64,000 nucleotides of DNA from Tsukamurella paurometabola (GTDB taxonomy: Bacteria; Actinomycetota; Actinomycetes; Mycobacteriales; Mycobacteriaceae): the NCBI GenBank assembly GCA_040391845.1, contig JBEBXD010000005.1, positions 8,159 to 72,158 on the forward strand. The letters are read 5' to 3'. The notes under the pieces are model-generated. The model was not told where the DNA came from, did no database searches, and was given only the letters and a program-made list of their open reading frames with translations. Both the position numbers and the translations under genes were made by a program. This document shows positions 1-11,064 of this stretch, one piece after another. Within the stretch, counting starts at the first letter, position 1. Each line of letters opens with the position of its first letter.

Positions 1-686
1 ACCTGCTTGTCGTTCTCGGCGAGCATGGTGACGAAGGTGTTGAGCCCCTTGACCGTCGCCGCGATGTTGTCGCGCGAGTTCGACAGGGTCGTGGTCGCCT
101 TCGAGAGGCCGGCGATGGCATCGGCCATCGCCTGGCCGTTGCCCGCGAGGTTCTCGGCGGAGACGTCGAGCAGATCGGTCAGCGCGCCCTGCTCTCCAGG
201 CTTCGCCTTGTTCGCGCCCTCGGGGCCGAGGGCCTGGGCGAGCGTGCTGATCGACGCGTACACCTGGTCGATCTCGACCGGCGTCATGGTGTGGTCCTGA
301 TCGACGACGGTACCGCTGTGCGCGGTGGGGCCGCCGGTGTAGACGGGCAGGAGCTGGACGTAGCGGTCGGAGATGACGGACGGGGTGACCTGCGCGGCCC
401 AGAGATCCTTGGGCAGCTTCACCCCCCGTTTCACCTGCAGCTGCACCCGGACCCGGTCGCGCTCGGGCGTGACCTCGTCGATCTCGCCGACCTTGACGCC
501 GAGGATCCGCACGTCCGAGCCCGCGTAGATGCCCACACCGCGGTCGAAGTACGCGGTGACCCGGGTGGCACCCATCGTGCGCACCAACCACCAGCCGCAG
601 CTCGCGACGACCACGACCACCACCAGCGCGGCCGCCGCGTAGGCGAGGCGGCGCGGGGTCAGGCCGAACTTCTCGAGGTTGGTCAT
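1..686 (-). CDS. Mce-family (MlaD-domain) protein, fourth mce gene of the operon; 3' end lies beyond the window
   Basis: My own reverse-strand translation from ATG 686-684 gives MTNLEKFGLTPRRLAYAAAALVVVVVVASCGWW...VTAYFDRGVGIYAGSDVRILGVKVGEIDEV. This is a TM helix plus an Mce core like the three upstream paralogs. It is missing from the ORF track because there is no stop inside the window. Confidence 0.85.
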   Translation of the reverse strand, partial: MTNLEKFGLTPRRLAYAAAALVVVVVVASCGWWLVRTMGATRVTAYFDRGVGIYAGSDVRILGVKVGEIDEVTPERDRVRVQLQVKRGVKLPKDLWAAQVTPSVISDRYVQLLPVYTGGPTAHSGTVVDQDHTMTPVEIDQVYASISTLAQALGPEGANKAKPGEQGALTDLLDVSAENLAGNGQAMADAIAGLSKATTTLSNSRDNIAATVKGLNTFVTMLAENDKQ

Positions 687-741
687 TTCCGGCCTCCTAG
701 GAAGGAAGTCGAGGGTGCTCCGGGCAGGTAGCTGTGCGCCA

Positions 742-1791
742 TTACTTCTGGCCCCCGTTGGTCCGCAGATCCGTGCGGATCGGAGGGCGGTTGCCGGGGA
801 TCACCGGCAACCCGGGCGGCGTGAGGTTGGTGACGACCGACTCCTGCCACCGGCCGTTGCCGAATACGTTGCTGTAGACCTTGTAGAACGGCGCGAGGAG
901 GGTGATCGTGCTCTCCAGGCCCTTCTTGTTGTCCTGCAGCAACTGCACCACCTGGCGCAGCGAGGTGAGTGCCGGACCGATCTGCTTCTCGTTGTCGCGC
1001 ACGATGCCGGTGAGCGTCGTCGAGAGCGACTGCGTGGTCTCGAGCAGCTGCGTGATGTCGTCCTGACGCTGGTTCAGGGTGGTGAGCAGCGCGCCCGCGT
1101 CCCGGATCAGCGTGCGGAAGTTCTCCGTGCGGTCCGCCAACAGCTTCGACGTCCTGCCGGTCTCGGACAGCAGGCGCTGCAGGTCCTCGTCGCGCTTGTT
1201 GATCGTCTCGGACAGCCGCGTGATGCCGGTGAGCGATTCGCGGACGTTCGGGGGCGTCGCGCGGAAGGCGTCCGCGAGGGTGTGCATGCTCTGTGCGAGC
1301 CGCTTCGTGTCGGTCTTGTCGATCGTACTGGAGGCGTCGGACACGGCGGCGACCACGTCGTACGGGGAGGTGGTGTCGGTGATCGTGTGCTTCGGGTCCA
1401 GGCGGTTCGCGCCGCGGGGGTCGAGCGCCAGGTACTTCTGGCCCAGGACCGTCTTGATCTGGATGCTCGCGGACGTGTTGTCGCCGAGCCAGACGTCCTT
1501 GGCGCGGAAGCGCACCCGCGCCTTCGCGGCCTCGAGGTCGAGGTCGACGGACTCGACGGTGCCGACCTTGACGCCCGCGACGCGGACCTCGTTGTCAGGC
1601 AGGAGGCCGGCGGCCTCGCTGAACAGCGCGGTGTAGGTGGTTCCCGCGCCGACCAGTGGGAGGCGGTCGATGAAGAACGCCGAGGCCGTGGCCATGAGCA
1701 GCAGAACGATGCCCATCGCGCCGGTCTGGACGGGGGAGCGCCGCTGCCCGCGTCGCCGCTCGCCGGTGGAGGTCGTGGAGGAGTGGGTCAT
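742..1791 (-). CDS. Mce-family protein (third mce gene)
   Basis: Track ORF 742..1920. I moved the start to ATG 1791 (MTHSSTT...), which overlaps the upstream stop as ATGA. A TM helix is followed by ALFSEAAGLLPDNEVRVAGVKVGTVESVDLD, an Mce/MlaD domain. Confidence 0.9.
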   Translation of the reverse strand: MTHSSTTSTGERRRGQRRSPVQTGAMGIVLLLMATASAFFIDRLPLVGAGTTYTALFSEAAGLLPDNEVRVAGVKVGTVESVDLDLEAAKARVRFRAKDVWLGDNTSASIQIKTVLGQKYLALDPRGANRLDPKHTITDTTSPYDVVAAVSDASSTIDKTDTKRLAQSMHTLADAFRATPPNVRESLTGITRLSETINKRDEDLQRLLSETGRTSKLLADRTENFRTLIRDAGALLTTLNQRQDDITQLLETTQSLSTTLTGIVRDNEKQIGPALTSLRQVVQLLQDNKKGLESTITLLAPFYKVYSNVFGNGRWQESVVTNLTPPGLPVIPGNRPPIRTDLRTNGGQK

Positions 1792-2879
1792 CGCGGATTC
1801 CCGTCCCGGTAGCACCGCGTGGCGGTGTTCGTGTACACGGGCTGGTTCACCGACGGGACGTCGATCGCCAGCGAGAGGCGGTCGCCCTTGCCGGTGCCCG
1901 CCACGAGGTCGAGGCCGCACAGGTAGAACTGGAACCAGCCGCCGAAGGACGCGAGACGGCCGACGGCCTCGATCTTCCCGGGCAGGAAGTTCAGGGTGTG
2001 GGCGACGTCGGCGCTGCGCCCGTTGAGCTTGTCGGTGAGGGCCTTCAGGCCGGCGATGTCGTCCTTGATCGCGCCGCGCGTGGGCGTGAGGATCGATTCG
2101 GTCACCGTGGTCAGCCGCGCCAGTGAGCCCAGCGAGGAGCCGATGGCGCCCCGGTCCTGCGACAGCCCGGTCACGAGTTGCTGGGTGGTGTTCAGCAACT
2201 CGGTGAACTGCTTGTCGCGCTCGTTGATCGTGCCCAGCACCGTGGTCAGGTTCGTGATCAGCTCGCCGATCACCCGGTCCTTGTCGGCGATCGTGTTGGT
2301 CAACGACGCGGTGTTCACCAGCAGATCGCTCACCGTGCCGCCCTGGCCCTGGAACACGGTGATGATGCGGTTCGCGAGCTTGTTCACGTCGTCCGCGGTG
2401 AGCTGCTTGAACAGTGGACGGAATCCGTTGAACAGGTCGGTGAGGTTGACCGCGGGCCGGGTCCGCTCGATCGGGATGGTGTCGCCCGGCCTGTAGGGCG
2501 AGGTGCGCGCGGTGCCGCGCGCGGGCTCGTCGTCGGTGGGGCTCTGCAGCAGCTCCAGATAGCGCTGGCCGACGAGGTTCTTCAGCCGGAGGGCCGCCGT
2601 CGCGGTGCCGGGGATGGAGTCGCGGTCGGTGAGGGTGAAGGCCACGTCCGCCTGGCCGCGGTCGTGGATGGTCACGTCCTTGACCTGACCGACGCGGACG
2701 CCCGCGATCCGCACGTCGTCGCCGGACTGGACCATCGTCGCGTCGGAGAAGATCGCGTGATACACCCGCGAGAAGGAGAGGTCGCTCTGCGCGATCGACG
2801 AGCCGAGGACGCCCGTCGCCGCCGCGGTGATGACGGCGAAGGCGATCAGCTTGAGCAGCGGGCCGGTGATGGGTTTCAT
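1788..2879 (-). CDS. Mce-family protein (second mce gene)
   Basis: Track ORF 1788..2933. The start is ATG 2879 (MKPITGPLLKLIAFAVITAAATGVLG), overlapping the upstream stop. IFSDATMVQSGDDVRIAGVRVGQVKDV is Mce-domain sequence. Confidence 0.9.
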   Translation of the reverse strand: MKPITGPLLKLIAFAVITAAATGVLGSSIAQSDLSFSRVYHAIFSDATMVQSGDDVRIAGVRVGQVKDVTIHDRGQADVAFTLTDRDSIPGTATAALRLKNLVGQRYLELLQSPTDDEPARGTARTSPYRPGDTIPIERTRPAVNLTDLFNGFRPLFKQLTADDVNKLANRIITVFQGQGGTVSDLLVNTASLTNTIADKDRVIGELITNLTTVLGTINERDKQFTELLNTTQQLVTGLSQDRGAIGSSLGSLARLTTVTESILTPTRGAIKDDIAGLKALTDKLNGRSADVAHTLNFLPGKIEAVGRLASFGGWFQFYLCGLDLVAGTGKGDRLSLAIDVPSVNQPVYTNTATRCYRDGNPR

Positions 2880-4210
2880 CGGATCTCGACCTCCTTGCCC
2901 GCGAGAGCGGGGACGAACGCCGCGGTCAGCCATTCGGGGACGTCGTTCGCATCGGTGCCGGACGCCGCGGCGAAGGCGATCCGCGTCGCGCGCGAGTTCT
3001 GCGCGGCGACAGCGACCGTCGGCATCTGCGACGGTGCCGAGACGTCCGGCTCGGGCAGCTGGAACCGGCCGTCCTGGGGGCCCACGTTGCGTAGCGGCGG
3101 CGCGAAGGAACCACCGGCGTGCGGCCCCCCCTTGTACCCGGGGGTGGGTTTGCCCTTGGCGGCGTTGTAGCAGGCCGGTCCGCGGTCGTCGAACCAGCGC
3201 GGCTCGTCCTGGTTGGGCAGGTAACGGCCGCGCGAGTTCGCGATGATCATCGAGATCCGCGCGCCCGGCTGGTTCGTGCCCTCACCGACGATGCGGTTGG
3301 CCTCGGGCAGGAGCGTCGCGAAACGTTCGAAGGTGCAACCGAATTCGGGGGAGTAGCGGGCCAGGATGGTCAGCGTCGTGTGCGACTTGTTGGCGACGGT
3401 GACCAACTCGGACCGGTTCGCCTCGAGCAGCCCGGCGGTGCGCCCGGCACCGTCGGCCACCGAGGTCCAGAAGGCGTGGAAGGCCTGCTTCCCGGAGACG
3501 ACTGTCGTGTTCGTGGTGCGGAACGTGTCGAGCGCGGTGATCAGATCGGGGAGGGCGTCGGCGTAGGTGTCGGTGACGGTGGCGAGCGAGCGCAGCGACG
3601 CCTGGAGGTCCGGCATCACGGCGTTGACCCGCGTGAAGATGGTGGTGAACTGATCGAAGGCGGTGCCGAGGTTCTTCCCGTTGCCCGACAGCCCGTTCGC
3701 GAGCGCACCGAGCGTGGCGTTGAGGTCCTCCGGAGGTACCGCACGCAGCAGGGGGAGGAGCTTGTCGAAGAGCTGGTTCAGCTCGGTGGCGTTTCCCGAG
3801 GTGTCGGTGCGGATCGTCGCCCCGTCGCGCAGAGCGGACGCGGCGGGGGTGCCGGCGCCGCCCTGCCCGGCCGGCACCTGCAGCGCCACGTAGCGCTGGC
3901 CGAAGAGCGTCTTGGGCAGGATCCGGGCGGTGACGTCGCCCGGCAGCCGGCGTGCTTGTTCGGGCTTGAGGCCCATGCGGATGACCGCATGCCCGTCGCG
4001 CACGAAGACGTCGCGGACCGTGCCCACCTCGACCCCGCGCGCCCGGACCTCGGAGTTGACGGGCAGCGACGCACCGGCGGTGTCGGTGTTCAGCTCCACC
4101 CAGGTGAAGGTCTCGAAGCGCTGCTGGTACTTGCCGATGGTGACGACGAGGAACAGGGCGCACACGCCGAAGAAGGCGAGGCCCAGCAAGCGGCGGCGGA
4201 GGGTGCGCAT
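2876..4210 (-). CDS. Mce-family protein (first mce gene)
   Basis: Track ORF 2876..4414. The start is ATG 4210 (MRTLRRRLLGLAFFGVCALFLVV), sharing one base with the yrbEB stop. VNSEVRARGVEVGTVRDV is Mce-domain sequence. Confidence 0.9.
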   Translation of the reverse strand: MRTLRRRLLGLAFFGVCALFLVVTIGKYQQRFETFTWVELNTDTAGASLPVNSEVRARGVEVGTVRDVFVRDGHAVIRMGLKPEQARRLPGDVTARILPKTLFGQRYVALQVPAGQGGAGTPAASALRDGATIRTDTSGNATELNQLFDKLLPLLRAVPPEDLNATLGALANGLSGNGKNLGTAFDQFTTIFTRVNAVMPDLQASLRSLATVTDTYADALPDLITALDTFRTTNTTVVSGKQAFHAFWTSVADGAGRTAGLLEANRSELVTVANKSHTTLTILARYSPEFGCTFERFATLLPEANRIVGEGTNQPGARISMIIANSRGRYLPNQDEPRWFDDRGPACYNAAKGKPTPGYKGGPHAGGSFAPPLRNVGPQDGRFQLPEPDVSAPSQMPTVAVAAQNSRATRIAFAAASGTDANDVPEWLTAAFVPALAGKEVEIR

Positions 4211-5046
4211 CAGGCGATCTTCACCGTGGTCGTGGTGCCCCAGATGGCGAGGCTGAGGAAGAAGTCGAGCAGCGCGATCGCCACGAGAGACGTGCGCACC
4301 GCTCGGCCGACGGCCATGCCGACACCCGCGGGGCCCCCGGACGCGTGGTAGCCGTAGTAGCAGTGGACGAGCACCAGCACGAACGCGAAGATCAGCACCT
4401 TGCCGAAGGACCACAGGACGTCGGCCGGCGAGAGGAACAGGTTGAAGTAGTGGTCGTACGTGCCCGTCGACTGTCCGAGCAACGTGGTGTTGACGAACCT
4501 GGTCATGACGTACGAAGCGAGGAGGCCGACGATGTAGAGCGGGATCACCGCGATGAAGCCCGCGATCGTGCGGGTGGCGGTGAGGAAGGCGATCGACGGG
4601 ATGGCCATGGCCTCGAGAGCGTCGACCTCCTCGGAGATCCGCATCGCGCCGAGTTGCGCAGTGAAACCGCAGCCGACGGTCGCGGACATCGCCAGCGCCG
4701 CGACGAGCGGCGTCAGTTCGCGGGTGTTGACGTACGCCGAGAGGAAGCCCGTCATGACCGATGCGCCGAGTTGTTGCAGTGCGGCGTTGCCCTGGAGGCC
4801 GACGACCACGCCGGTGAAACCGCAGAGCATGAGGACGACTCCGACGGTGCCGGCGATGACGGCGAGCGCGCCGCTGCCGAAGGCGACCTCGGCGAGGACG
4901 CGACCGACCTCCTTGGGGTAGCGGCGCAGCGACTGCGGGATGAAGCCGATCGACCGAGCGTAGAAGGACATCTGCTCGCCCGCGCCGTCGAGCACCCGAA
5001 GGGGCGTCCGGGCGGCCCGGCGGGCCCTGCTGGTGAAGTTCGGCAT
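4210..5046 (-). CDS. yrbEB: YrbE/MlaE-family ABC permease of the Mce transporter
   Basis: 278-aa polytopic membrane protein directly upstream of the mce genes and paralogous to the next gene. This is the typical yrbEA-yrbEB-mceA-F layout. Confidence 0.9.
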   Translation of the reverse strand: MPNFTSRARRAARTPLRVLDGAGEQMSFYARSIGFIPQSLRRYPKEVGRVLAEVAFGSGALAVIAGTVGVVLMLCGFTGVVVGLQGNAALQQLGASVMTGFLSAYVNTRELTPLVAALAMSATVGCGFTAQLGAMRISEEVDALEAMAIPSIAFLTATRTIAGFIAVIPLYIVGLLASYVMTRFVNTTLLGQSTGTYDHYFNLFLSPADVLWSFGKVLIFAFVLVLVHCYYGYHASGGPAGVGMAVGRAVRTSLVAIALLDFFLSLAIWGTTTTVKIA

Positions 5047-5050
5047 CGGT

Positions 5051-5854
5051 CTACGAGCCCTTCGCCGGGACGATCTGCAGGTACACGGCGGTGAGGATGA
5101 TGTTCGCGAAGAACAGGAGCAGGAAGGTGATCACCACGGACTGGTTCACGGCGTCGCCGACCCCCTTCGGGCCGCCGCCCGGATTGAGGCCCTTGTACGC
5201 GGCCACGACACCGGCGATGAGGCCGAACACGAGGGCCTTGAGTTCTCCGACGAGGAGGTCGGGAAGCTGGGCCAGAGCGGAGAAGGAGGCGAGATACGCG
5301 CCCGGAGTGCCGTGCTGCAGAACCACGTTGAAGAAGTAGCCCCCGACCACGCCGACCACGGAGACCAGACCGTTGAGGAAGGCGCTGACCAACATCATGC
5401 CGAGGACTCGGGGCACCACGAGGCGGTGGACGGGATCGATTCCGAGCACCTCCATCGCGGCGATCTCCTCGCGAACGGTGCGCGCGCCCAGGTCGGCGCA
5501 CACCGCGCTGCCCGCAGCACCTGCGACCAGGAGTGCGGTGACCACGGGAGCACCCTGCTGGACGACGGCGAGGACGCTCGCCGCACCGGTGAAGCTCTCT
5601 GCGCCCAGCTGGCCGATGAGCGAACCGGTCTGCAGCGAGACGATCGCACCGAACGGGACGGCCACCAACGCCGTCGGCAGGATGGTCACGCTCGCGATGA
5701 ACCAGGACTGCTCGATGAACTCACGGACCTGAAAGGGACGCCGGAAGATGTTGCGGACGATGCTCGCGAACAACTGGAAGATCATGCCCACCTGGGTGAG
5801 CGCCGAGACGCTGCCGTGCGCGACCTTGGCGACGCCGGATTGGATGATCGACAC
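5051..5854 (-). CDS. yrbEA: YrbE/MlaE-family ABC permease of the Mce transporter
   Basis: 267-aa polytopic membrane protein with a GTG start at 5854 preceded by GAGGG. It is the first gene of the mce operon. Confidence 0.9.
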   Translation of the reverse strand: MSIIQSGVAKVAHGSVSALTQVGMIFQLFASIVRNIFRRPFQVREFIEQSWFIASVTILPTALVAVPFGAIVSLQTGSLIGQLGAESFTGAASVLAVVQQGAPVVTALLVAGAAGSAVCADLGARTVREEIAAMEVLGIDPVHRLVVPRVLGMMLVSAFLNGLVSVVGVVGGYFFNVVLQHGTPGAYLASFSALAQLPDLLVGELKALVFGLIAGVVAAYKGLNPGGGPKGVGDAVNQSVVITFLLLFFANIILTAVYLQIVPAKGS

Positions 5855-6303
5855 GGGCCCTCACACTGTTAACTGCACGGACGCTCCGGAACCCGGAACC
5901 GCGGTGCTCCGAATCGCCTCGGAACAGGGGTAGGTTAGCGCCTGGTTCTGGCGAAGGACACTTCGGTTCGTGATGGCATTTCAAAGGCCGCATCAGGTGG
6001 GTGCTGCACGTCCGCACCCGGCCGCCGCGCCGCGGCGGTCGGGTCGGCGACGCCGTTCGTGCGACCGGCACCGGCGCCTGTCCGCTGATTTCCTTCTGAC
6101 CTGCATAATTTTGGACGGTGTTGCCGCGCAGGGCGATCGCTCCGCCGCAGATCGCCCACCGGCCGGCGCGAACGAGGCGGGCCGTGGCAGAGTGTGCGGA
6201 GGCGTGTCACGGCTCACATGCATCGCCCACGTGTGAGTAAGGCCATTGGTCGTCGTTCGAGTCGTGGAACGCCCGCCGAGAAGTCTCGAAGGGAAGAACC
6301 GAC

Positions 6304-6657
6304 ATGGCTCTGGCATTGCACATGATCAACCTCGACTGCGCGGACGTCGCGGCGCAGGCGGACTTCTGGTCGAAGGCGCTCGGGATCGCGGTCGACGAGA
6401 ACGACGGCAACGCGTTCATGCGCACGATCGGATTCACGAACCCCGCGCTGCCCCGGATGATGTTCCTCGCCGTTCCGGAGGGGAAGACGGTCAAGAACCG
6501 CATGCACCTGGACCTGCACGCCGACGACCGCCCGGCGGAGGTCGCCCGCGTCGTGGCGCTGGGCGCCACCGAGCTGCGCGAGCACGACGAGTTCGGCTTC
6601 CGGTGGACCGTGCTACAGGATCCGGAGGGCAATGAATTCTGCATCGCCCAGGGCTGA
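6304..6657 (+). CDS. VOC / glyoxalase-like domain protein
   Basis: 117 aa: MALALHMINLDCADVAAQADFWSKALG...FRWTVLQDPEGNEFCI, a typical glyoxalase/bleomycin-resistance fold signature. Confidence 0.8.
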   Translation: MALALHMINLDCADVAAQADFWSKALGIAVDENDGNAFMRTIGFTNPALPRMMFLAVPEGKTVKNRMHLDLHADDRPAEVARVVALGATELREHDEFGFRWTVLQDPEGNEFCIAQG

Positions 6658-6658
6658 T

Positions 6659-8401
6659 TCAGCCCCGGCCGTCGGTCAGCTTCCACACGGCGGCGGAGTC
6701 CTGAGCCCGCCAGAACCGGGCGAACAGGCCGTCGGCGGCCAGCAACTCGTCGATCGTCCCGGACTCGGTCACCCGCCCGTCGTCGATCACGATCACGCGG
6801 TCGGCGTGCCGGATCCCCGCCCGGCGATGCGCCACGATGACCCGGGTCCGCTCGACCCGGTCCGCGGAGAGCGCATCGACCACCGCCCGTTCGTTCTCGT
6901 TGTCGAGCGCGCTCGTCGCCTCGTCGATGAGCAGGATCGGGGCCGGCTTGAGCAGCGCCCGGGCGATGCTCACCCGCTGCCGCTCGCCGCCGGACAGGGC
7001 GGCGCCCGCCTCGCCCACGCGGGCGTCGGCGCCCCCGGGCACGCGCGCCACCAGCTCGTCGACCCGCGCGAGCGCGGTGGCGGCCGCGACGCGATCCGGC
7101 GGCGCCGACGGGTCGCCGGCACGGATGTTCTCGGAGATCGTGCCCGCCACCAGGTACGGCTGCTGGAAGACCACGCTGGTCAGCGCCCGGCGCGACGCGG
7201 GGTCGAGATCCGCGACGTCGGCACCGTCGACCAGGATGCTGCCCGCCGCCGGCTCGTAGAGGCCCGCGATCAGGCCCAGCACCGTGCTCTTCCCGGACCC
7301 CGACGGGCCGACGATCGCGGTGGTGGTCCCGGGCTCGAGTACCAGGTCGAGGTCCCGGAGGACGGGCCGGCCGGGATCGTCGTAATGGAAGCCGACGCCG
7401 CGGAACTCGATGCGCGGCGCGCCGCGCCCCGCGCGGGTGGCAGTGCCCGACGGTGCCACGGGACCGTCGAGCACGGTGCGGATGCGGTGCATCGTCAGGC
7501 GCGTCGTCTCCAGGCCGGGGGCGAGCAGGCCGAGGGTGGTGAACGGCTCCAGGTAGCGGACCGCCACCACGATGAGCGCGACGGCGGCGGGGGCCGCGAG
7601 GCCGCCGCGCAGCGTGAGCCACGCCGTGGTGCCCGCGAGCGCGAACAGCGCGACCTGGCCGGCGATCCCGAACAGCAGCTGGCCCGGAACCTGCAGGAGC
7701 AGCAGCCGCATCGTGGCGCCGTGCTGGTTGCGCAGGGCGCTTCCCACGAGGCTCCGTTCGGGCTCCACCCGGCGCGAGACGCGCAGCGCCTGCTGGGTGC
7801 GCGCGAACTCGATGACCCGCTCGCTCAGGCGTGAGTTCGCCTCGTCCGCAACCCGATCGGCGGACCGGGTGACCGCGCCGCCCGCCCACAACGCGCCGAG
7901 GAGCAGCGGGACCGCGACGAGCGCCACCAGGCCCAGCTGCCACGCCACGGGGAGCAGGGCGAGCGCGATCGCGATCGGGAGCAGGAGCGCCGTGAGCAGC
8001 GGGAGGACGAGGTACACGACGAGCCCCACCAGGTCCGGGCCGGTCGCCGCGATCGCCTGTCGCGCCGTCGCCACGTTCTCCGTGCCGAACCAGGTGAGCC
8101 GGATGTGCGAGAGCCGCTCGGCCACGGCGTGCTGTGCGCTGCTGAGGGTGTCGAAGCCCAGCTCGTAGGCGACGCGCGAGGTGGCGGCGTCGATGAACCA
8201 GCCGATCACCGTCGCGGCCGTGAGCGCGCCGAGCCAGGTGAGGGCATCGGAGTCGCGCCCTTCGAACAGGGCGGTCAGCAGTGGGATCAGCAGGACCACG
8301 CCGGCGGCGCGGGCCGCGACGGAGATCACCGCGAGCACCACGAAGCGCAGCACCACCGGCCGTCGGTCGCGGGGGAGGAGCGCGAGGAACGTGCGGATCA
8401 T
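6659..8401 (-). CDS. irtB: ABC transporter, fused permease/ATPase, IrtB-like
   Basis: Track ORF 6659..8455. ATG 8401 overlaps the irtA stop as ATGA. It has a six-TM domain, then Walker [10 protein letters not shown], the signature LSGGERQR and Walker [12 protein letters not shown]. Confidence 0.85.
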   Translation of the reverse strand: MIRTFLALLPRDRRPVVLRFVVLAVISVAARAAGVVLLIPLLTALFEGRDSDALTWLGALTAATVIGWFIDAATSRVAYELGFDTLSSAQHAVAERLSHIRLTWFGTENVATARQAIAATGPDLVGLVVYLVLPLLTALLLPIAIALALLPVAWQLGLVALVAVPLLLGALWAGGAVTRSADRVADEANSRLSERVIEFARTQQALRVSRRVEPERSLVGSALRNQHGATMRLLLLQVPGQLLFGIAGQVALFALAGTTAWLTLRGGLAAPAAVALIVVAVRYLEPFTTLGLLAPGLETTRLTMHRIRTVLDGPVAPSGTATRAGRGAPRIEFRGVGFHYDDPGRPVLRDLDLVLEPGTTTAIVGPSGSGKSTVLGLIAGLYEPAAGSILVDGADVADLDPASRRALTSVVFQQPYLVAGTISENIRAGDPSAPPDRVAAATALARVDELVARVPGGADARVGEAGAALSGGERQRVSIARALLKPAPILLIDEATSALDNENERAVVDALSADRVERTRVIVAHRRAGIRHADRVIVIDDGRVTESGTIDELLAADGLFARFWRAQDSAAVWKLTDGRG

Positions 8402-11001
8402 CGGGCCTCTCCCGTCGTCTGCGTCGCGGCCCCGGCCGGCCGGGCCGCATCCCACAGCGCGCGGTAGGCGCCGCCCGCGGCGAGCAGTTCCGCATGGGTG
8501 CCGCGCTCGGCGATGCGGCCCCCGTCGAGCACGACGATCGCATCCGCGTCGACCACCGTGTGCAAGCGGTGCGCGATCACCAGCACGGTGCGGTCCCTGG
8601 CCAGCCGGCTCAGCGACTCCTGCACCAGGTACTCCGATTCCGGATCGGCGAACGCGGTGGCCTCGTCGAGCACGAGCACGGGCGCATCGGCGAGCAGGGC
8701 GCGGGCGATCGTGAGCCGCTGTCGCTCGCCGCCGGACAACGCCGGGTCCCGCCCGAGCTCGGTGTCGTACCCCTGTGGCAGGCGGAGGATCCGGTCGTGG
8801 ATGTTGGCGGCGCGCGCCGCCTCCTCGATCCGCTCCCGCGGCGAATCCGGCGCGGCGAGAGCGATGTTCTCCGCGACGGTGCCCACCACCAGCTGCGTCT
8901 GCTGCAGCACGAAGCCGAGGTGGCGGTACAGCTCGTCGGCCTCCATGGAGCGGATGTCGCGGCCGCCCACGGTGATCGATCCGGCGCCCACGTCGTGGAA
9001 CCGGGCGATGAGCGCGGCGAGCGTCGACTTCCCCGATCCGGACGGGCCGACCAGGGCGGTCACCGTGCCCGGCGCCAGGGTGAGCGAGACGTTCTGCAGC
9101 ACCGGAACATCCGGGCGGTAGCCGAACGTGACGTCCGTGATCTCGACGCGGCCGGGGTCGTCGGCGGCGGCCGCGCCGGGCAGCGCGCGGGTCTGCAGCT
9201 CCGGTTCATCGAGCACCGTCTGCAGGTCCCGCGCGGCGGCGAGGCCCGCGCGCAGCCCGCCGAGGCCGTAGCCGATCCCCAACAGCCGCACGCCGAACGT
9301 GGTGCCCAGCAGCAGGAAGGGCAGCAGGTCCACCGGATCCGTCCAGCCGGCGATCACGAACAGTGTTCCGGCGGTGGCGATCACCCACAGGAAGGTGGTG
9401 GGCCGGGTCACGATGTCCATGGCCGTCTTGATCCGGACGAACGGGCGCTGCCAATCGGACAGGAAACCGATGTAGCCGTCCAGGTTCTTCCGGAAGCTCG
9501 AGGCGAACACCCCGCCGAAGACGCGGATCACGGGCTGCGCGTCCAGGTACGCGCCGGCCTCGCCGCCCATCGTGTCCACCCAGGCCTGGTGCCGCGGGAT
9601 CTGCACCGACGAGGAGATCACCATGCGGTACATGGTGATCACGTAGCCCAGAACCGGCAGGAGGAGGAACAGTGCGATGCCCCAGTCCACCGTGAACAGG
9701 TACACGAGCACCGCGATGGGGGCGACCACGGCTGAGGCTGCGTCCAGCGTCGCGTGGGTCACGAGGTAGTGGAGGGTGAGCGTGTTGTCCTGAACGAGCG
9801 TCTTGATCCCGCCGGAGCTGCGCGCGGTGAACCAGCCCAGCGGTAGGCGGGCGAGCTTGCCCAGCAGGCGGCCGCGCAGGTCGCGAGTGAACCGCGCGTC
9901 CACGCCGTGCACCCACAGCACGAGCGCGGATTCGAGCAGGGTGCCGACGCCGAGCAGCACGATCGCGACGACGCCGATGGACCACAGCTGCGAGGCCGGC
10001 GCGCCGGCCAGCAGGCGCCGCCCCAGCTCCACCAGCAGGAGGTAGGGGGCGAACTGGAGCAGGGTGACGATCGCCTGGAACAGGCCCGCCGCGATGAGCC
10101 GCCGCTTCAGCGGAGCGAGCAGTCGCCCCGCCCCTGCCGCGCGCCAGCGTCCCTGCGGCGCAGCCGGTTCGGGTGCCATGGCCCCGGGCCCGGAACCCCC
10201 GGAGGCCGCGCCGTCGGGCACGGCGGGCGGGGGAGCGGCACCGTCGACCTCGGACGTCTCCGGCGCCCGTTCCCTGCCCATGGCCTTGCCCTGCGACCAG
10301 TAGGCCAGCGCGTGGGTCTGCGAGCGCGGGAAGCCGAACTCCTTGAGGCGGGCGCGGATCGCCTTGAGGGTGGTCTGCTCCGGTCCGGCCCAGGCGTACC
10401 AGTCGGACCAGTCCCGCGCCTCGATCGCGTCGGCCAGCGCGTGCGGGCCGGTACGCGGCACCCAGTGCGCCTGCAGCCGGGGGTGGGAGGCGCGGAGCAG
10501 CGCGCGATCGCCGGGCTCGTGCTCTTCGAGGTACGCCTCGATCGGGATCTCGGGCGGCATTGCGGCGATGATGGTGTTGATGGCGGGGAGCGACGCCGAA
10601 TCGCCCAGTAGGAGGTACCCGGCCGGCGGATCCTCGTCGGGGACCTCGAGCGGAACCGAGCTCATGTAGTTGACGGCCAGCACGTCGCCGGGCTCCGCGG
10701 CACGCGCCCAGTTCGAGGCCGGGCCGGCGGGATCGTGCAGCACGAAGTCGAGCGCGAAGCGCCCGGCGGCGGTGTCGGTCTCGGACAGCGTGTAGGCCCG
10801 CTGGAACTCCTTGCCCTCGCCGTCGGGGAACCAGCACCGGATCCAGGAGGTGGGGCCGTCGGCGACCACGTCGAAGAGCGTCTCCGAGTGGAACCGCACC
10901 CGCACGCAGTGCGGGGTCAGCGCCTCCTTCTCGACCACCGTGATGGCGTAGTCCTGCGCGCCGAACGCCCGCATGACCGCGCCGCTGAATCCGCGCGTCA
11001 T
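8398..11001 (-). CDS. irtA: IrtA-like ABC transporter with an N-terminal siderophore-interacting FAD-binding domain
   Basis: 867 aa. The N-terminal ~250 aa look like a SIP/ViuB-type ferric-reductase domain (RVRFHSE...FQRAYTLSE...[16 protein letters not shown]...AYWSQGKAM). TM and ABC domains follow ([19 protein letters not shown]). This is the architecture of M. tuberculosis IrtA. Confidence 0.85.
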   Translation of the reverse strand: MTRGFSGAVMRAFGAQDYAITVVEKEALTPHCVRVRFHSETLFDVVADGPTSWIRCWFPDGEGKEFQRAYTLSETDTAAGRFALDFVLHDPAGPASNWARAAEPGDVLAVNYMSSVPLEVPDEDPPAGYLLLGDSASLPAINTIIAAMPPEIPIEAYLEEHEPGDRALLRASHPRLQAHWVPRTGPHALADAIEARDWSDWYAWAGPEQTTLKAIRARLKEFGFPRSQTHALAYWSQGKAMGRERAPETSEVDGAAPPPAVPDGAASGGSGPGAMAPEPAAPQGRWRAAGAGRLLAPLKRRLIAAGLFQAIVTLLQFAPYLLLVELGRRLLAGAPASQLWSIGVVAIVLLGVGTLLESALVLWVHGVDARFTRDLRGRLLGKLARLPLGWFTARSSGGIKTLVQDNTLTLHYLVTHATLDAASAVVAPIAVLVYLFTVDWGIALFLLLPVLGYVITMYRMVISSSVQIPRHQAWVDTMGGEAGAYLDAQPVIRVFGGVFASSFRKNLDGYIGFLSDWQRPFVRIKTAMDIVTRPTTFLWVIATAGTLFVIAGWTDPVDLLPFLLLGTTFGVRLLGIGYGLGGLRAGLAAARDLQTVLDEPELQTRALPGAAAADDPGRVEITDVTFGYRPDVPVLQNVSLTLAPGTVTALVGPSGSGKSTLAALIARFHDVGAGSITVGGRDIRSMEADELYRHLGFVLQQTQLVVGTVAENIALAAPDSPRERIEEAARAANIHDRILRLPQGYDTELGRDPALSGGERQRLTIARALLADAPVLVLDEATAFADPESEYLVQESLSRLARDRTVLVIAHRLHTVVDADAIVVLDGGRIAERGTHAELLAAGGAYRALWDAARPAGAATQTTGEAR

Positions 11002-11064
11002 CTCGCCGCCCTCCCGCCCCGCACCCGGCGCGGGCGCGCCGGGGAGATCGGGACCGTCACCGGT

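Noticed and set aside
5861-5880. A KstR-type operator (TnnAACnnGTTnnA) at CACTGTTAACTGCACGG upstream of yrbEA
   Set aside because: The half-sites are in the wrong order (GTTAAC rather than AAC-NN-GTT), so it does not fit the motif.
5931-5949. TAGGTTAGCGCCTGGTTCT resembles the left half of an IdeR box, in the mce leader
   Set aside because: Only the left half-site matches (TAGGTTAG). The right half is unrelated, so the overall match is too poor to call.
6207-8543. 778-aa ORF overlapping irtB in another frame. Similar very long ORFs exist at 18322-20829, 38284-40851, 59139-61835, 31709-33812 and 56309-58591.
   Set aside because: Their translations are dominated by Arg/Gly/Pro/Ala/His runs with no motifs. 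They overlap genes that have clear family signatures. These are the typical open alternative or antisense frames of very GC-rich DNA.
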